The notes beneath the pieces were generated by a model, which saw only the letters and a list, made by a program, of their open reading frames with translations, searched no databases and had not been told where the DNA came from. This document shows positions 26,314 to 40,230 of a stretch of 64,000 nucleotides of DNA, one piece after another (position 1 is the first letter of the stretch; each line of letters starts with the position of its first letter). Where the stretch lies: contig OX597829.1 in assembly GCA_951406725.2 (NCBI GenBank), positions 26,350,001 through 26,414,000 of the forward strand. The letters are read 5' to 3'. The stretch is from Octopus vulgaris. Taxonomy: Eukaryota. The position numbers and the translations under genes are program-made.

Positions 26314-27010
26314 GAAAAAAAACACATTTTATCAATCCAAAATGAACAATTAAATTATACCATCTAGAAAATTACATATAATAGAAATATTAAAATTAAA
26401 ATAACAATAAAATGTCAAACAAAAAAAATAATAATAACATATATAAATTGTATATATTTTCTACAATTTATATACGTTATTATTAGTTTTTTTTCGCAAT
26501 TTACTTAATCTTTAACATTTTATTGTTATTTTAATATTAATATTTCTATTATATGTAATTTTCTAGATGGTGTAATTTAATTGTTCATTTTGAATTAATA
26601 AAAGGTGTTTTTTTCTAATTTTATATATATATGTTATATTGTGTGAAATTTAATTTAGTATTTCTAAATTGAATTTTTTTTCTTGTAAGTTTTGGATTAT
26701 ATTCCCTCAAATATTAATAATTATTATATATATATATATACATTTATATGTGTTATACTAGAGCATACGGTCTATCAATAATGACAGAGCTATTGTTAAA
26801 AAATATACACGATGAAAATTGCTAATAAGAGTATGAGGATGTAAATAAAAATGTCAAAATAAAAATTAAAAAATGTATATTTATCACTCCCAAATATTTT
26901 GCTTCTAATAAGTACACTATGTTGTAGTAAATGATTCGCTCGTTATTCTTCTTTATCTTATTTTGTTCAAGTAGTGCTCAGCTTTATTTCACAAATTTTG
27001 TGCATGTATA

Positions 27011-27422
27011 GGCGTAGGAGTGGCTGTGTGGTAAGTAGCTTGCTTACCGACCACATGGTTCAGGGTTCAGTCCCACTACGTAGCACCTTGGGCAAGTGTC
27101 TTCTACTATAGCCTCGGGCCGACCAAAGCCTTGTGAGTGGATTTGGTAGACGGAAACTAAAAAGAAGCCCGTCGTATATATGTATATATATATGTATGTG
27201 TGTGTATGTGTTTGTGTGTCTGTGTTTGTCCTCCCAACATCGCTTGACAACCGATGCTGGTGTGTTTACGTCTCCGTAACTTAGCGGTTCGGCAAAAGAG
27301 ACCAATAGAATAAGTACTAGGCTTACAAAAAATAAGTCCTGGGGTCGATTTGCTCGACTAAAGGTGGTACTCCAGCATGGCCACAGTCAAATGACTGAAA
27401 CAAGCAAAAAAGAGAAAAAGAG
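27011..27422 (+). mobile_element. SINE family A, full-length
   Basis: ggcgtaggagtggctgtgtgg head through gactgaaacaag tail. Confidence 0.9.
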
Positions 27423-28167
27423 ATATGTATTCAAAACTACCCCAAAAATATGCATATTTACACATGATCTTACAAACAAGTTACATATATTTTCTGAAGG
27501 TTTTCAAGCAACAGCGGGTTTCTATTTGCGTAGAAGTTGCACATTTAGAGTATATTTGACACATTCCATGCAAAAGTTACTAATGTACACAATGAGCATT
27601 ATTGTTCACATTCAGGGCAATAGTTCCTGAAGAAATTTATAAATACAAATGCATATAGTTTATTAAATATATATTGATTATGCAAAACAAATCGTGTGTG
27701 TGTGTGCTTGTGAGAATTGCCAGCACTTCGAACAAAATGATAAAAATTTCTTCTTGCTTTACATTCTGAGTTTATATGTCAACGAGGTTGACTTTGCCTT
27801 TCAATCTTTCGGAGTTGATAAAATAAGTATTAGATGAGTACTGAGCTTGGTATACTCAACTAATACCCAACAAATTCCAAACCTTTTGCCTATTGTAAAA
27901 AGGGTTATATATATTGATTAGTTTTACCCATGAAAAAAGGAGAAAATTAATTTGATCAGATATTATGAAAATAATGAAAATACAAACGTTAGTCGACTTA
28001 TAAGACAAAGAAAACAACAGAATGAACTTTCGAATACAAAATCTAAACAAAACAACTCCAGCCCGTATCGAATGATTTAGAAAGTGGGACAAATTCAACA
28101 GCTTTAAATGGTTAAGTATTACTCACAAAATAGAAGTATATATAAAAATGCACGTGGCGTAGTATGA

Positions 28168-29303
28168 ATATTGATTGCAGAAAGAGATGTGGGACAGAAA
28201 CACACACATGTACTTCTGTAAGTGCGTGTTTATATGCGTGTATGTATGGTGAGCCAAAACAAACATTATCGATACGCTATACTTTATTATTTGTTTAAAA
28301 GGCAAGAGAGCAGCAGAAACTTGAAGAACGGCATGTGTCGTGTATGGAAAGGAAGCTTTTATGGAAAGTGTGTGTGTTCCAGAAGAAGCTTTTCAAGATT
28401 TTGATTGAGAAGTTTTTCCGTTCAAGATGCACCTTACTCTGGACAACCAATTGAGATTAACAGTGATAAAGTGTAGTTGGTCGAGACCAACCCCTATTAT
28501 ACGACTACTATCATCGCAGATATTCTTCAACTATCGAAATCAAGTGTTGAAAATCATTTGCATCAATTTACGTCAGCAGGCTCGATTCTTGGATTCCACA
28601 TCAATTGAATGAAGAGAACATGAATTTCCATCTGCGAGCCGTTTTTGAAGAGAATGGTGACAGGGGACGAAAAATGAACCTTCTATAAAATTATGGAACG
28701 CAAACGATCATGGGAAAGGTGCGATGAACCACAAACAACCTCCAAAGCAGGAGTTCACCAAAAGAAGGATATGCTTTTAATTTGGTGGGATTGGAAGGGT
28801 GTTGATTTTACAAGCTTCTTCCCATGGACAATACCATCAATGTAGATTTGTATAGTGACCAGCTGAACAAATCAAATACGGCTATCCATCAGAAGCAGCA
28901 TCGTGACTTGCTAATCATCAGGGTATTGTCTTTCACCACGACAGTGCCAGACCACATACTTCTTTGCAGACGAAGCAGAAGTTACCTGGGGCTTGACTGG
29001 AGCTCCACCCTTCATATTCGCCCGATATGACACCTACAGATTTCCACCTGTTTCGGTCGCTTTAAAATTCACTGAATGGACAGACCTTTTCAGCTCTGAA
29101 AAGGATATAATAATTCACTCGGAAGAGTTCGTCATCAGTAAAACAGGAAATTCCTTTGAGTAGAGATTAATGGGTCTGCTGTCAAGATGGTTGCAGATAG
29201 TGAAAGTAAACGGTAATTATATCATTGATTGAATAAATCGCTCTATGTTTAAAATTTGTGCCTTATTTTCCTTTAAAAAAAGCGGACATTTGACCAACCC
29301 AAT
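28168..29303 (+). mobile_element. Mariner transposon, degenerate
   Basis: LDSWIPHQL, MVTGDEK, IWWDWKG, FHHDSARPH, HPSYSPDMTPTDFHLFRSL; right TIR-like tttgaccaacccaata. Left boundary uncertain. Confidence 0.88.
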
Positions 29304-29322
29304 AATCATGTATGTGTGTATA

Positions 29323-29418
<96 letters not shown>

Positions 29419-30170
29419 TATTTTCTTCCCTCCTGTCGTCGTTCACGTTTCTTTTTTTGCTCTTTTTTCCCTTCTAGTTCAAATGGTTAAGCGTTATACA
29501 TACAAAAAAGTATATATACAAATACAAGTAGCATATTACCAGAGCGCGCGCACACGCACACGCACATACAGTTAAGTGAGATTCGGATACGAACCTTGTA
29601 AAATGCAGAACAAATTTCGTCCGCAGTTATTGGTTACCTGATGTCATCATATAGTAGAAATGCACATGCTACTGGATATACACCAAGAATTCCATAGTAT
29701 CCGTAGAGTTTATATAGATAGAAAAAAAAAGGTCAGGAATCTCATTACAGGCTGATGAGACCTGCTACTGATTCTATGTAAACCAATGCTACTTGTTTCA
29801 TGGTCAGACAGTTGGCGACTAAACCGGCTCCTTCACTTGAGTAACTAGCTACTCTTGTGAGGATGGTGTCTGGGCAGCCGGCAGGATTAAAAACAGGACA
29901 TGTCAAATAGTTGATAATAACAGCAACATTAATATAGATAGTTGCAGGCCCAAAATAGCATTATTTAGAGATAGAATTAAAATTATATTAATCATAAGGA
30001 CTCGCTTTTACGTCTACCTGCTAGAAATGAGAGCTAAAACATTTAAACCATCAAAATAACACTGAAAATAATCACAATCAACAGTACTCGGGCGAAACGG
30101 ATCGAAAAAATCCCTCACATACCTATATAGCATAAAGCTATATTTTTTGGTAAAAAGTGCATCTTTATGA

Positions 30171-30244
<74 letters not shown>

Positions 30245-30309
30245 ACCGTGTGTACCGTTGGCGATTTTTTTCCTCCGTCTTCCCTTCTTTGGATCTTTCC
30301 TCTTCCTAT

Positions 30310-30344
30310 GTTTCTGACGAAGAGCTCCGCTCGAAACGTTACAC
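30310..30344 (+). ncRNA. Minimal hammerhead-like motif in a short (AT)n-embedded repeat (30241-30443; homolog 35803-35955 on -)
   Basis: guuu CUGACGA A GAGC-ucc-GCUC GAAA CG UU acac; the 35.9-kb copy has helix I guuu/aaac but lacks helix II. Confidence 0.55.
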
Positions 30345-30442
30345 TCTCCTTCTTTCCTTCTTTCCTGAGCGTCCAATAACACCATACTTGTTCCATTTCC
30401 TCGCGTTGTTGTGTTTTCTCTTTGTGCTTTCATGTTTGGATT

Positions 30443-30675
<233 letters not shown>

Positions 30676-30984
30676 TGTTCCTTCTCGAGCCATGCTTGGC
30701 TCATAAGGGCCGGTTTCCCGGTTTCCTTGGCGTATAGGTTCCCCACCTTGACAGGACTCCGGTCCCTCGCAGGTGAGCTGCAAGGTGCAGGAGGAAAAAG
30801 TGAGTGAAAGTTGTGGCGAAAGTGTCAACAAAAGTTCGCCATTACCTTTTGCATCTGACATTCTCTCTAGTCACTGCCAGAATGATTTTTTTGGGGGGGG
30901 GGTCTCTTTCTGACATATATTATGTTTTTAAACAAATCGCGTCCATAAATTTATACTAATGACTAAATTGACACTGCTTAAATT

Positions 30985-31036
<52 letters not shown>

Positions 31037-31560
31037 ACATCTATAGTATAAGGGAGAAAGCTACTCGCTAGTTCGTTGGACTTATGTAACTTTTTCTAAA
31101 AGAAATAATTCATTATAGTTTCCATTGTCTACAAAATCCTTAAAAATTTCCATTTTCATATATATATATATTTTTTTAATGTGGTTTTCAACAGTCTTTT
31201 CCACTTTATGTTCCTAAGTCAATACACTTTATCTTACTGTTTAAAAACCGTATCCTTTCATTATTTGTCTTGTAACTTGACATCTTAGTTCTCTGTCAAG
31301 ATGCAATATTTTCAACTTTGTATATTCCAACTGCTGTTATTATTATTTGATAAGTCCAGAATGGCCGAAACCGGTTATACGTCAGTTTAAAAGATTTAAT
31401 ATGCTTAAATTTTTAATATAATTATATTAAATATTACACTTGCTTTTAGTCTTTTGAATTTGTCTAAAAAGAATATAAAATCTTTTAATGTTATTGAACA
31501 TTTCACCCAATTTTCGTTTATATAAGTGTATAAGTGTGCGTTGTGCATGTATGTATATAT

Positions 31561-31680
<120 letters not shown>

Positions 31681-31889
31681 TTAATATATTATATATATAT
31701 ATATATGCTTGTACAAATATACATATATGTATGCACATATATATATGTATATAAACATACACATTTTTATGTTTATATGCGTATATATGTATATATATAT
31801 ATGTGTGCGAACAAGGAAAATAAAACATTACTGTTACAATAACAATCCCACTGAGAAGAAAGATATGAAAACAAATGCAAAAAGAGATG

Positions 31890-32075
31890 ACCTGGTTGCA
31901 AATAGTAAAATAAAAAATGCAATGCTGAGATAAGAAAGCATGTCTTTAAGCGAACGAGTGTTTACGTAGAAACATTATATACAAATGTACTGTAAGACCA
32001 AGTGCACATGTATATGCATACATGGGTGCAACGCGCGACAGCTTCAAAAATCGCTCGACCCAATAGATAAGAAGA
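31890..32075 (+). pseudogene. Penelope-like GIY-YIG N-terminal fragment
   Basis: CN..DKKACL.ANECLRRNIIYKCTV...YAYMGATRDSFKNR (with frameshift) parallels SCSCRDKNLCPLNGACMSETIIYEATV..IYVSLTEGNFK at 43.3 kb. Confidence 0.7.
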
Positions 32076-32362
32076 TATTCCAGTCCATATATTTGCAGCA
32101 TTAAAATTTTAGGGTGTTCATTTATCTTTATAAAACTCAAGATATGTCTATGCTAAAAAATAGACTGAGTAAGGGGTTTGTTTATTTTACATTGTATATT
32201 TTTTTATTTTTCATTTCTATTAATTTATTTTTGGCATCTTGTTTAATATTTTTATACCTTTGTATTCTCGTGTTGCTCTTTGTCAATGGAATGCTGGAAA
32301 TAGAATATGGGTATGCAACAACGGGAAAGTATAGGGGAATCCAGCAGTGCTCTTGAACCCAC

Positions 32363-32483
32363 TCACCCGAAGACGTGCAGGTACACTACTGTTATTTTAT
32401 CATATTAATACAATAATGGGCATAATATGTGTAATACTCAACAATTACAAGCCAATACTAACGCGCAGAAATAATTGTAGTGG
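32363..32483 (+). ncRNA. Type I hammerhead ribozyme, long helix II, decayed
   Basis: ucac CCGAAGA cgugc...gcgca GAAA UAAUUG UA gugg; downstream of the GIY-YIG fragment. Confidence 0.6.
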
Positions 32484-32766
32484 TTTGCATTAAAGCCTGT
32501 TCATTCCATCTTCTATTAAAACATTTTTGTATGAATTCAAGGGATATTATCGGATTTCCAATTTATATCAAGTGAAAGGAAAATTCTTGCTGTTCGACTA
32601 CACGTGGTATCTGATAGCCGTACAGGAGCTTCGGAAAGCACGCAAAAAGATTATTACCCAGGTGACATATATACATACATGCATGCATACATACATACAT
32701 ACATACAAACATACATACATACATACATACATACATACATACATACATACATGCATACATACATAC

Positions 32767-32818
<52 letters not shown>

Positions 32819-32876
32819 TGTATGTATGTGTGTATTTATGTGTATATATATATATATACATACACACACACATGCA

Positions 32877-32923
<47 letters not shown>

Positions 32924-33016
32924 AAAGAGAGGCAGAAAGAGCAGTTAAAGTCGAACTCCAACGTGTTGATTGGCCGCTTGTCCGTTTGTTTTTATTTTAT
33001 TTTTATTTTAAAAACA

Positions 33017-33395
33017 GCGGAGCAGCTGTGTGGTAAGTAGCTTGCTTACCAACCACATGGTTCCGGGTTCGTTCTACTATAGCCTCGGGCCGGGCATAGC
33101 CTTGTGAGTGGATTTGGCAGACAGAAACTGAAAGAAGATCGTCGTATATATGTATATATGTGTGTATGTGTGTGTATGTGTTTGTGTATCTTTGTTTGTC
33201 CCCCAACATCGCTTGACAACCGATGCTGGTGTGTTTACGTCCCCGTAACGTAGCGGTTCGGCAAAAGAGACCGATAGAATAAGTACTAGGCTTACAAAGA
33301 ATAAGTCCTGGTGTCGTTTTCCTCGACTAAAGGCTGTGCTCCAGCATGGCCGCAGTCAAATGACTAAAACAAGTAAAAGTGTAGAGAGTAAAGAG
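33017..33395 (+). mobile_element. SINE family A (small internal deletion)
   Basis: Homology to other copies; lacks the accttgggcaag block. Confidence 0.85.
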
Positions 33396-34268
33396 AGCGG
33401 CCATTCAACACGTTGGAGTTCGGCTTTGACTGCCCTTTATCCCTTTCTTTGTCTTTATATATATATGTATATATATATGATAATAACAAATAAAAGACAG
33501 AAGATGGAATATATGTGCATATATACATACGTATATGTACATACTTACATCTATATGTATATATATATGCATATGTGTGCACAGGACGTCATGAAGCGTG
33601 TACAATAAAAAATATACGAAGTACGAATACATGGAATATGAACTATTTTTTCGAACAACGAAAGACACAAATGGAAAACAAGATAAACAATATAAAGAAC
33701 GACACTTCATCAGTTGTTGGCTGTTACTAGTCTCGTATTTCGAGCATTTAACAACAATATACGTTTTTGATAAAACAGTTGCTCCCGTAATGCAAATTAT
33801 ATAAAATTTGGAATTTTGCGGAGTCAAAATTGGTAACACAAACAGGACAGTGATATCAAACAGGAAGGGCTGCAAAGCCTAAACGAGGTTGTGGTGGCGA
33901 ACGCGTAAATCAAGCTTGGACAGGAGACATACAAGAACATGTCTCTCCCTCTACCTCCTCCTCCTTTACTCACGTGGCTCCCACGTGACCGTCAGCCATC
34001 TTTCCGTCTTCTCCTAACTTATGTTTCTTTCTTTCTCTCCGCTGTAGCTGGAACAAGTAAGACGTGTTCTTGTCTGTTTCCTGTCCAAGCTTGATTTACG
34101 CGTTCGCCACCACAACCTCGTTTAGGCTTAGTAGCCCCTCCTGTTTCGTATCACTGTCCTGTTTGTGTTATCAATTTTGACCCTATTTTCCGTTCGTTTG
34201 TTTATTATCATACTATTTGACTCCTGAAAATATTATTCACGTAATGGAACGCAATCTTTATTTTCTTA

Positions 34269-34367
<99 letters not shown>

Positions 34368-34394
34368 CTCTATTTAAAAGCAGCAGAAATATAA

Positions 34395-34443
34395 CAAAAG
34401 CTATTACTCATAGTTTCACGTTCCCGTTCGTCAGACAGTTTTG
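34395..34443 (-). ncRNA. Type I hammerhead ribozyme with canonical core
   Basis: caaaacugu CUGACGA ACG-ggaa-CGU GAAA CU-aug-AG UA auagcuuuug; helices I, II and III all pair. Confidence 0.8.
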
Positions 34444-34555
34444 TTAATAAAACTGTCCGACGAACGGGTAATAAAGTAATAAAGCATATTACTCTACCTC
34501 TGGTATTTGAGTACTCTTTTTTCCACCTTGTTTCACATTTATGTGCTTAATCCGG

Positions 34556-34598
<43 letters not shown>

Positions 34599-34603
<5 letters not shown>

Positions 34604-35472
34604 GAGGGCTTCGAATGTCCCGTCCTGTGGTTCTTGTGTCGTCTCTGTGGCGTTTCATGTTCTTGTCCATGTCTGTAATTATTTTTACTGTTTACCTATA
34701 TAATCGGCGGCTACGTATCCACAATTGTCCTTATACGATAAGTATATTTTTTTCTCAAGCATTGATACGACTCTTAATCTTTCTTTGTCTCTCTCTCTCC
34801 TCCCTTATTCCCCCTCCTTTCTTTCCCTCTCCATCCGTTTCCCCCCCTTCTACGTTTCTCTATCTCTCTCACCTCCAGCCCCCTCGATCTGTCTCTTTCT
34901 TCTCCTCCCTCGTCCACCTTCTCTCTCTTTTCATCTGTCCCTTTCTCTTGTCTTTTGTTCTCACGTGACCGCTAGCCGCTGTTGAACGCTCTTTTCGTTC
35001 CAGCAGCCGTTGAAGCAACACGTACTTGTTCGTCTCCCTGTGGCCATTAGGCACAACTTCATAAGCTAGCCCCATGCTCAATTCGTCCTGTCGAAAGACC
35101 CTTGTCCTACGTCCTGGTTTTGTTTTGTTGTTTATTTTTTATACTTTATTTTTACCGTTATTGCTTTTACGTTTTTGTATTCTTATTGTTGTCACGTATT
35201 CTGTATTTTTGTTCGTGTACTTCGTTCGTTTTCCGTCCTCGTGTTGTATACATTCGAAGCTTTCTTCCAGGGGATCTAATGCACTTGGCTTAGATTTCCC
35301 GTGGCGGGCTGGCCATATCGGAGCAATCTCAAGATTAATCAGCCGAAATTGCTAAGATGATCTGGTTCTTGACTGATGACTGAGGGCTTCGAATGTCCCG
35401 TCCTGTGGTTCTTGTGTCGTCTCTGTGGCGTTTCATGTTCTTGTCCATGTCTGTAATTATTTTTACTGTTTA

Positions 35473-35480
<8 letters not shown>
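34599..35480. mobile_element. Non-coding element with ~100-bp terminal direct repeats, flanked by (TA)n
   Basis: tgactgagggcttcgaatgtcccg...tttacctatata identical at 34599-34702 and 35377-35480. Confidence 0.75.
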
Positions 35481-35517
<37 letters not shown>

Positions 35518-35685
35518 GGAACAAAAACGCAATCGAATACAATAAAACATTCGTACAGATAGACGTTACAAGGCGGACAAGAGAAACAACATGTGAGAAG
35601 GACAGGCAAATAAAAGACGGGTCATTCGTGGCCTTCTTTCCTCAGTCAAGTCCCAGAAGTCACGACCGTTTTGGGCAGTTACACT

Positions 35686-35806
<121 letters not shown>

Positions 35807-35952
35807 ATCCAAACATGAAAACACAACAATGCGAGGACGTGGAACAAGTATAGTATTATTGGACGCTCAGGAAAGAAGGAAAGAGGGAGGGTTTAACGTT
35901 TCTTCGTCAGAAACATAGGAAAATTAAAGATCCAAAGAAGGGAAGACGGAGG

Positions 35953-35992
<40 letters not shown>

Positions 35993-36036
35993 GGTAAATG
36001 AAAGACGGAAGATGGAAGTTATAAGAAATGTTATTG

Positions 36037-36142
36037 ATCACTACAATTGTTTTGACACATCTAGCATCGATCCTTCACGTGTGGGATACTTAACAACTGG
36101 TTCAGGAGCATCCAACGGTACAGGTGTATCTCTTCGGGTGAC
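36037..36142 (-). ncRNA. Type I hammerhead relic in dispersed repeat (36000-36330)
   Basis: gucac CCGAAGA gauaca...uguguc AAAA CAAUUG UA gugau; single G12A lesion. Confidence 0.65.
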
Positions 36143-37084
36143 AAATAGATATAACTCGTTAAAATAGCAGTTCCGTAATGTATTTTCTCATTTTGTATAA
36201 AGAAAAGCAGCAAATTAAAGGATATATCTTCAAATATATAGAAGATCAGTAATAAAATAACAGTTGTAAACGAGAAATGAATACGCAATACAGCGAGAAA
36301 AGTATTAAAATAACCGTTAACGGATATGGATATCTGAATGCCCGCGCGCAAGCTCCATGGTGCATGTAACCTCGCTCATACAAGCATCCACGAAGATGTA
36401 AGCATACGCACACGTGTGGTTTGATGTACACACGTTCACATAGCGAATTAAATAGCTACTTGGTGTTTATAAAAATGGAGAGGTTAAAGTTAAACTTAAT
36501 TCATCCATATCTTAAAGTAAATTATGTTAACAGTCACTCAATTGCCTACCCACTGCATTGTGCGAATGCACATTTACATGCATATAGGCATCCTGAGAGT
36601 CTTTCAGAAAGATCTTCTCATTTGTTCACAGAATAGACAGGGATTCCTCGGAGCAGAGTTGGCATCTCCTGGAAATGATATATGGCTTAGCGTGCCTTAG
36701 TATGGGCCAAATTATGATATACTTAATTTTATCTTCCTTAAGTCGCTACACAAAATCGGTAAAAAGATGTTGAATGTCTATTATTGATTTTCTTGAAGCT
36801 GGCGACATGGTTGCGATTAGAATTCTTAAAGGAATCAGCCATTTGCCCAATGTAAACATACGGCATTCCCCTTGTGTCACGGTACATTTATATACAAGAT
36901 TTGTACTCATACAGAAGTTCATCAATGAGCACTTTTATTATATTAATTTGTACATATGGCAGTTCTGCCTTCATTTTCCGACATTGTTACCGTGTTATCT
37001 ATATCATAATCATTTCTACTATCACAAGTGGCCGTATTTGGTGCTTTTTATTGCAGTTTACTTCTCCTTCGTTCGTATTTAGAT

Positions 37085-37849
37085 GCGTATGTTTGCTAGA
37101 TCCAGTAGGCATGAAGATTGGTCTTAATTGTTTGAAAACACGCTCTGGAGTGACAAGGTTGTATGCTATGTTAGGGGTTTCTTCAATCGTCACAACTGCC
37201 ATTACTGGGCGTCGTGTGATAAGGATCCGAACATGACAGTTGAGAGGATGCAAACTCGACCAACAGTGACTGTGTGGTGCGGAATGACGGCAGCGAGAGT
37301 CATCAGCCCATATCTTATGCGTGACACCATGTATACGGACTGCTATCTTCAGCGGCTCGAAAATTACGTGTGGCCCACGGTGTCTGGCTGGGATACCATT
37401 GGTGACCTGATATTCATGCAGGATGGTGTACTACTCCATTTTGCTCTTACATGTGTGCGCGCGGTTAGATCAACATTTTCCATGACGTTGGATGGGACGA
37501 CGCAGACCCCATGAATGGCCTCCAAGAAATCCATATCTTACTCCAGGTAATTTTTACCTGTTGGGTTACACAAAAGAGATGTACAAGATAAAAACCTCAC
37601 ACATATGGAGACACGGATTCAGGAAGTTATCAATGATATGCCAGACGACGTCCTTCAGAAGGTTGTTCTTTCTATCCCTGGTCATTTGAGGAACTGGTTG
37701 ACGCCACCCTTGCTTATGTTGAAATATGAAGATTTACTTTCATTTTCCCATGTAATAAAGAACATGTATCATTTGTTTCAATAAATTTGTAAAAGGAATA
37801 TGGATTTTATTACCAATTTTTATTGCCTACTTACTTTTCACCCACCCTG
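37085..37849 (+). mobile_element. Tc1/mariner-superfamily (Tc3-like) transposon, 3' part
   Basis: WSD..., NRHNCHYW, VTVWCG, IFMQDG..HFA, HEWPPRNPYLTP.NFYLLGY.K; right TIR ttacttttcacccaccctg followed by TA. Confidence 0.85.
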
Positions 37850-37859
37850 TATATATAAA

Positions 37860-37906
<47 letters not shown>

Positions 37907-38195
37907 TAACGGAGGCTAGATGCAAAGCAGTGTTTTGGTATGAGCACAATTTAGGTTAGTTGAAATGTGTTTGTCACTTATTTCAACTGTTAAAAGGCAA
38001 ATACACTGCAGTTACCACAGAGAAAATTTTTTTTTCTCATGATAAAAAGGTGTAAAAACACCCAATTCGTTCAGTGTCGCCATCTCTCGGGAATCTCAGA
38101 CATCTATGTTTCGAGTTTTGTTGACATATAGCAACTATATGTATGTATATATACATGCGCGCGTACACACACACATACACGCACACACACACACA

Positions 38196-38306
<111 letters not shown>

Positions 38307-38334
38307 TTTCTCACACACACACACGATGGTAGGC

Positions 38335-38605
38335 TGAATGCGCGTGGCCTAAGGATTAGGGCAATTACACTCATGATCGCTAGCGATTGAGGATCCGATT
38401 TCCAGACACAGGGCGGGGTGGGAGGACGTTTTGCTTTTGAGTAAAAACCTTCATTTCACGTTGCTCCAGTTCCTCTTTCGATCAGAAGGGGATGTTGGCC
38501 TGTTCACCTAGCCAGCGGGGTGGCATCATTCGAAGGCTAAAATGATGCAAAGCGCATTATGACCAGCGATGTGTGACAACATCTGATAGTCTGGTCGGTC
38601 ACGTG

Positions 38606-38608
<3 letters not shown>
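38335..38608 (+). mobile_element. tRNA-derived SINE (family C), degenerate
   Basis: Head gcgcgtggcctaaggattagggc...gatccgatttccagac resembles the family B head; distinct body ending ggtcggtcacgtgat. Confidence 0.6.
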
Positions 38609-38665
<57 letters not shown>

Positions 38666-39237
38666 TATTCTCCAGATTTAATGTTTTAGCAAAGAAACTC
38701 AATTCATAGATAGCTCTTCAATTATAGAAAACTTATATGAAAACTTTTCCGAATGTCTCGTCTTCTTCATAAATACACAAATAAATGCCCAAATATGGGT
38801 TAGTCATTCGACTAGGTACAGGAGAAAACGACTGCTTTATTTCCATACATCGACGATTGAGTTTCATAGAAAGGGCAGTGAAACTCTTCTCAAGTTTATC
38901 CTCTACCACAATTTGACGACCGGTGCTGGTTGATTTCCGCCCCTTTTAATTTAGCGGTTCAGTAAAAAAATAAAAAACCGATAAAATATGTATAAATATA
39001 CGCCAGGCTTCTTTTACTTTCCGTTTACCAAATCCATTCACAAGGCATTAGGGTTACAGTAGAAGACACTCGTGGAAGGTGTCACGCAGTGGGACTGAAC
39101 TCGGAACTTAGTTCGTACCGCACAACCGTGCCTGCGCCTCTGTGTGTGTGTGTGTGGGGGGGTGTACGTGTGTGTGTATACATGTACATTTGGTTAATGA
39201 GAGAGACGGAAGACGGATGATATGAGAAGTTTTATTA

Positions 39238-39342
39238 ATCATTACAATTGTCTCGAGCCATCTAGCATCAAGTCCTACGGGTGAGATACTTAACAACTGG
39301 TTCGGGAGCATTCAACGGCGTAGATGTGTCTCTTCGGGTGAT
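39238..39342 (-). ncRNA. Type I hammerhead relic, paralog of 36037-36142
   Basis: aucac CCGAAGA gacacaucua...uagauggcuc GAGA CAAUUG UA augau; a different single core lesion from its paralog. Confidence 0.6.
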
Positions 39343-39554
39343 AAATATAAGTCGTTAAAGTAACAGTTCGGCAAGGTAACTTCTCAGTTCGTGTAAAGAA
39401 AAGCAGCAAATTAAAGAAATATCTTCATTTATATAGAAAATCAATAATATTAAAACAGCAGATGCAAAAAAGAAACGAACACACAATATAGTGAAAAATA
39501 GTATTAAATACACAACGAAAACTGTGAAAGTGAACGTGCCTTACCGGTATATTA

Positions 39555-39619
<65 letters not shown>

Positions 39620-39729
39620 CACACACATACAAACACACAAAAAAGGACACACACACACGTCCACACACACGTCCACACAAAAACGCACCCCCCCCCCACA
39701 CACACACAAACACACAAAAACACACAAAA

Positions 39730-39786
<57 letters not shown>

Positions 39787-39839
39787 CACACACACACACT
39801 CATACATAAATTTTCAGCCCGCCTCGTATATATATATTC

Positions 39840-40230
39840 TTTTATTCTTTTACTTGTTTCAGTTATTTATGATTGTGGCCAAGCTGGAACATCACCTTTA
39901 GTGGAACAAATCGACCCCAGGACTTATTGTTTGTAAGCCTACTACTTATTCTATCGCTCTCTTTTTGTCAAACCGCTAAGTTACGTAAACACACGAGCAT
40001 CGGTTATCAAGCGATGGTGGTGGTGGTAGGGGACAAGCACAAATATACAAATACACATACACACACATATGACGGGCTTTTCTCTGTATCCATCTACCAA
40101 ATCCACTCACAAGACCTTGGACGGCCCGAGGTTATAGTAGAAGACATTTGCCCAAGGTGCCTCAGTGGAAAATTGAACCCGGAACCATGTGGTTGGGAAA
40201 TGATCTTACCACACAGCGACACTATGCCTA
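39840..40230 (-). mobile_element. SINE family A
   Basis: Reverse-complement homology. Confidence 0.8.

Noticed and set aside
29630-29800. ctgatgag / ctgatgtc as hammerhead cores
   Set aside because: No properly placed GAAA-helix III-UH or pairing helix I found.
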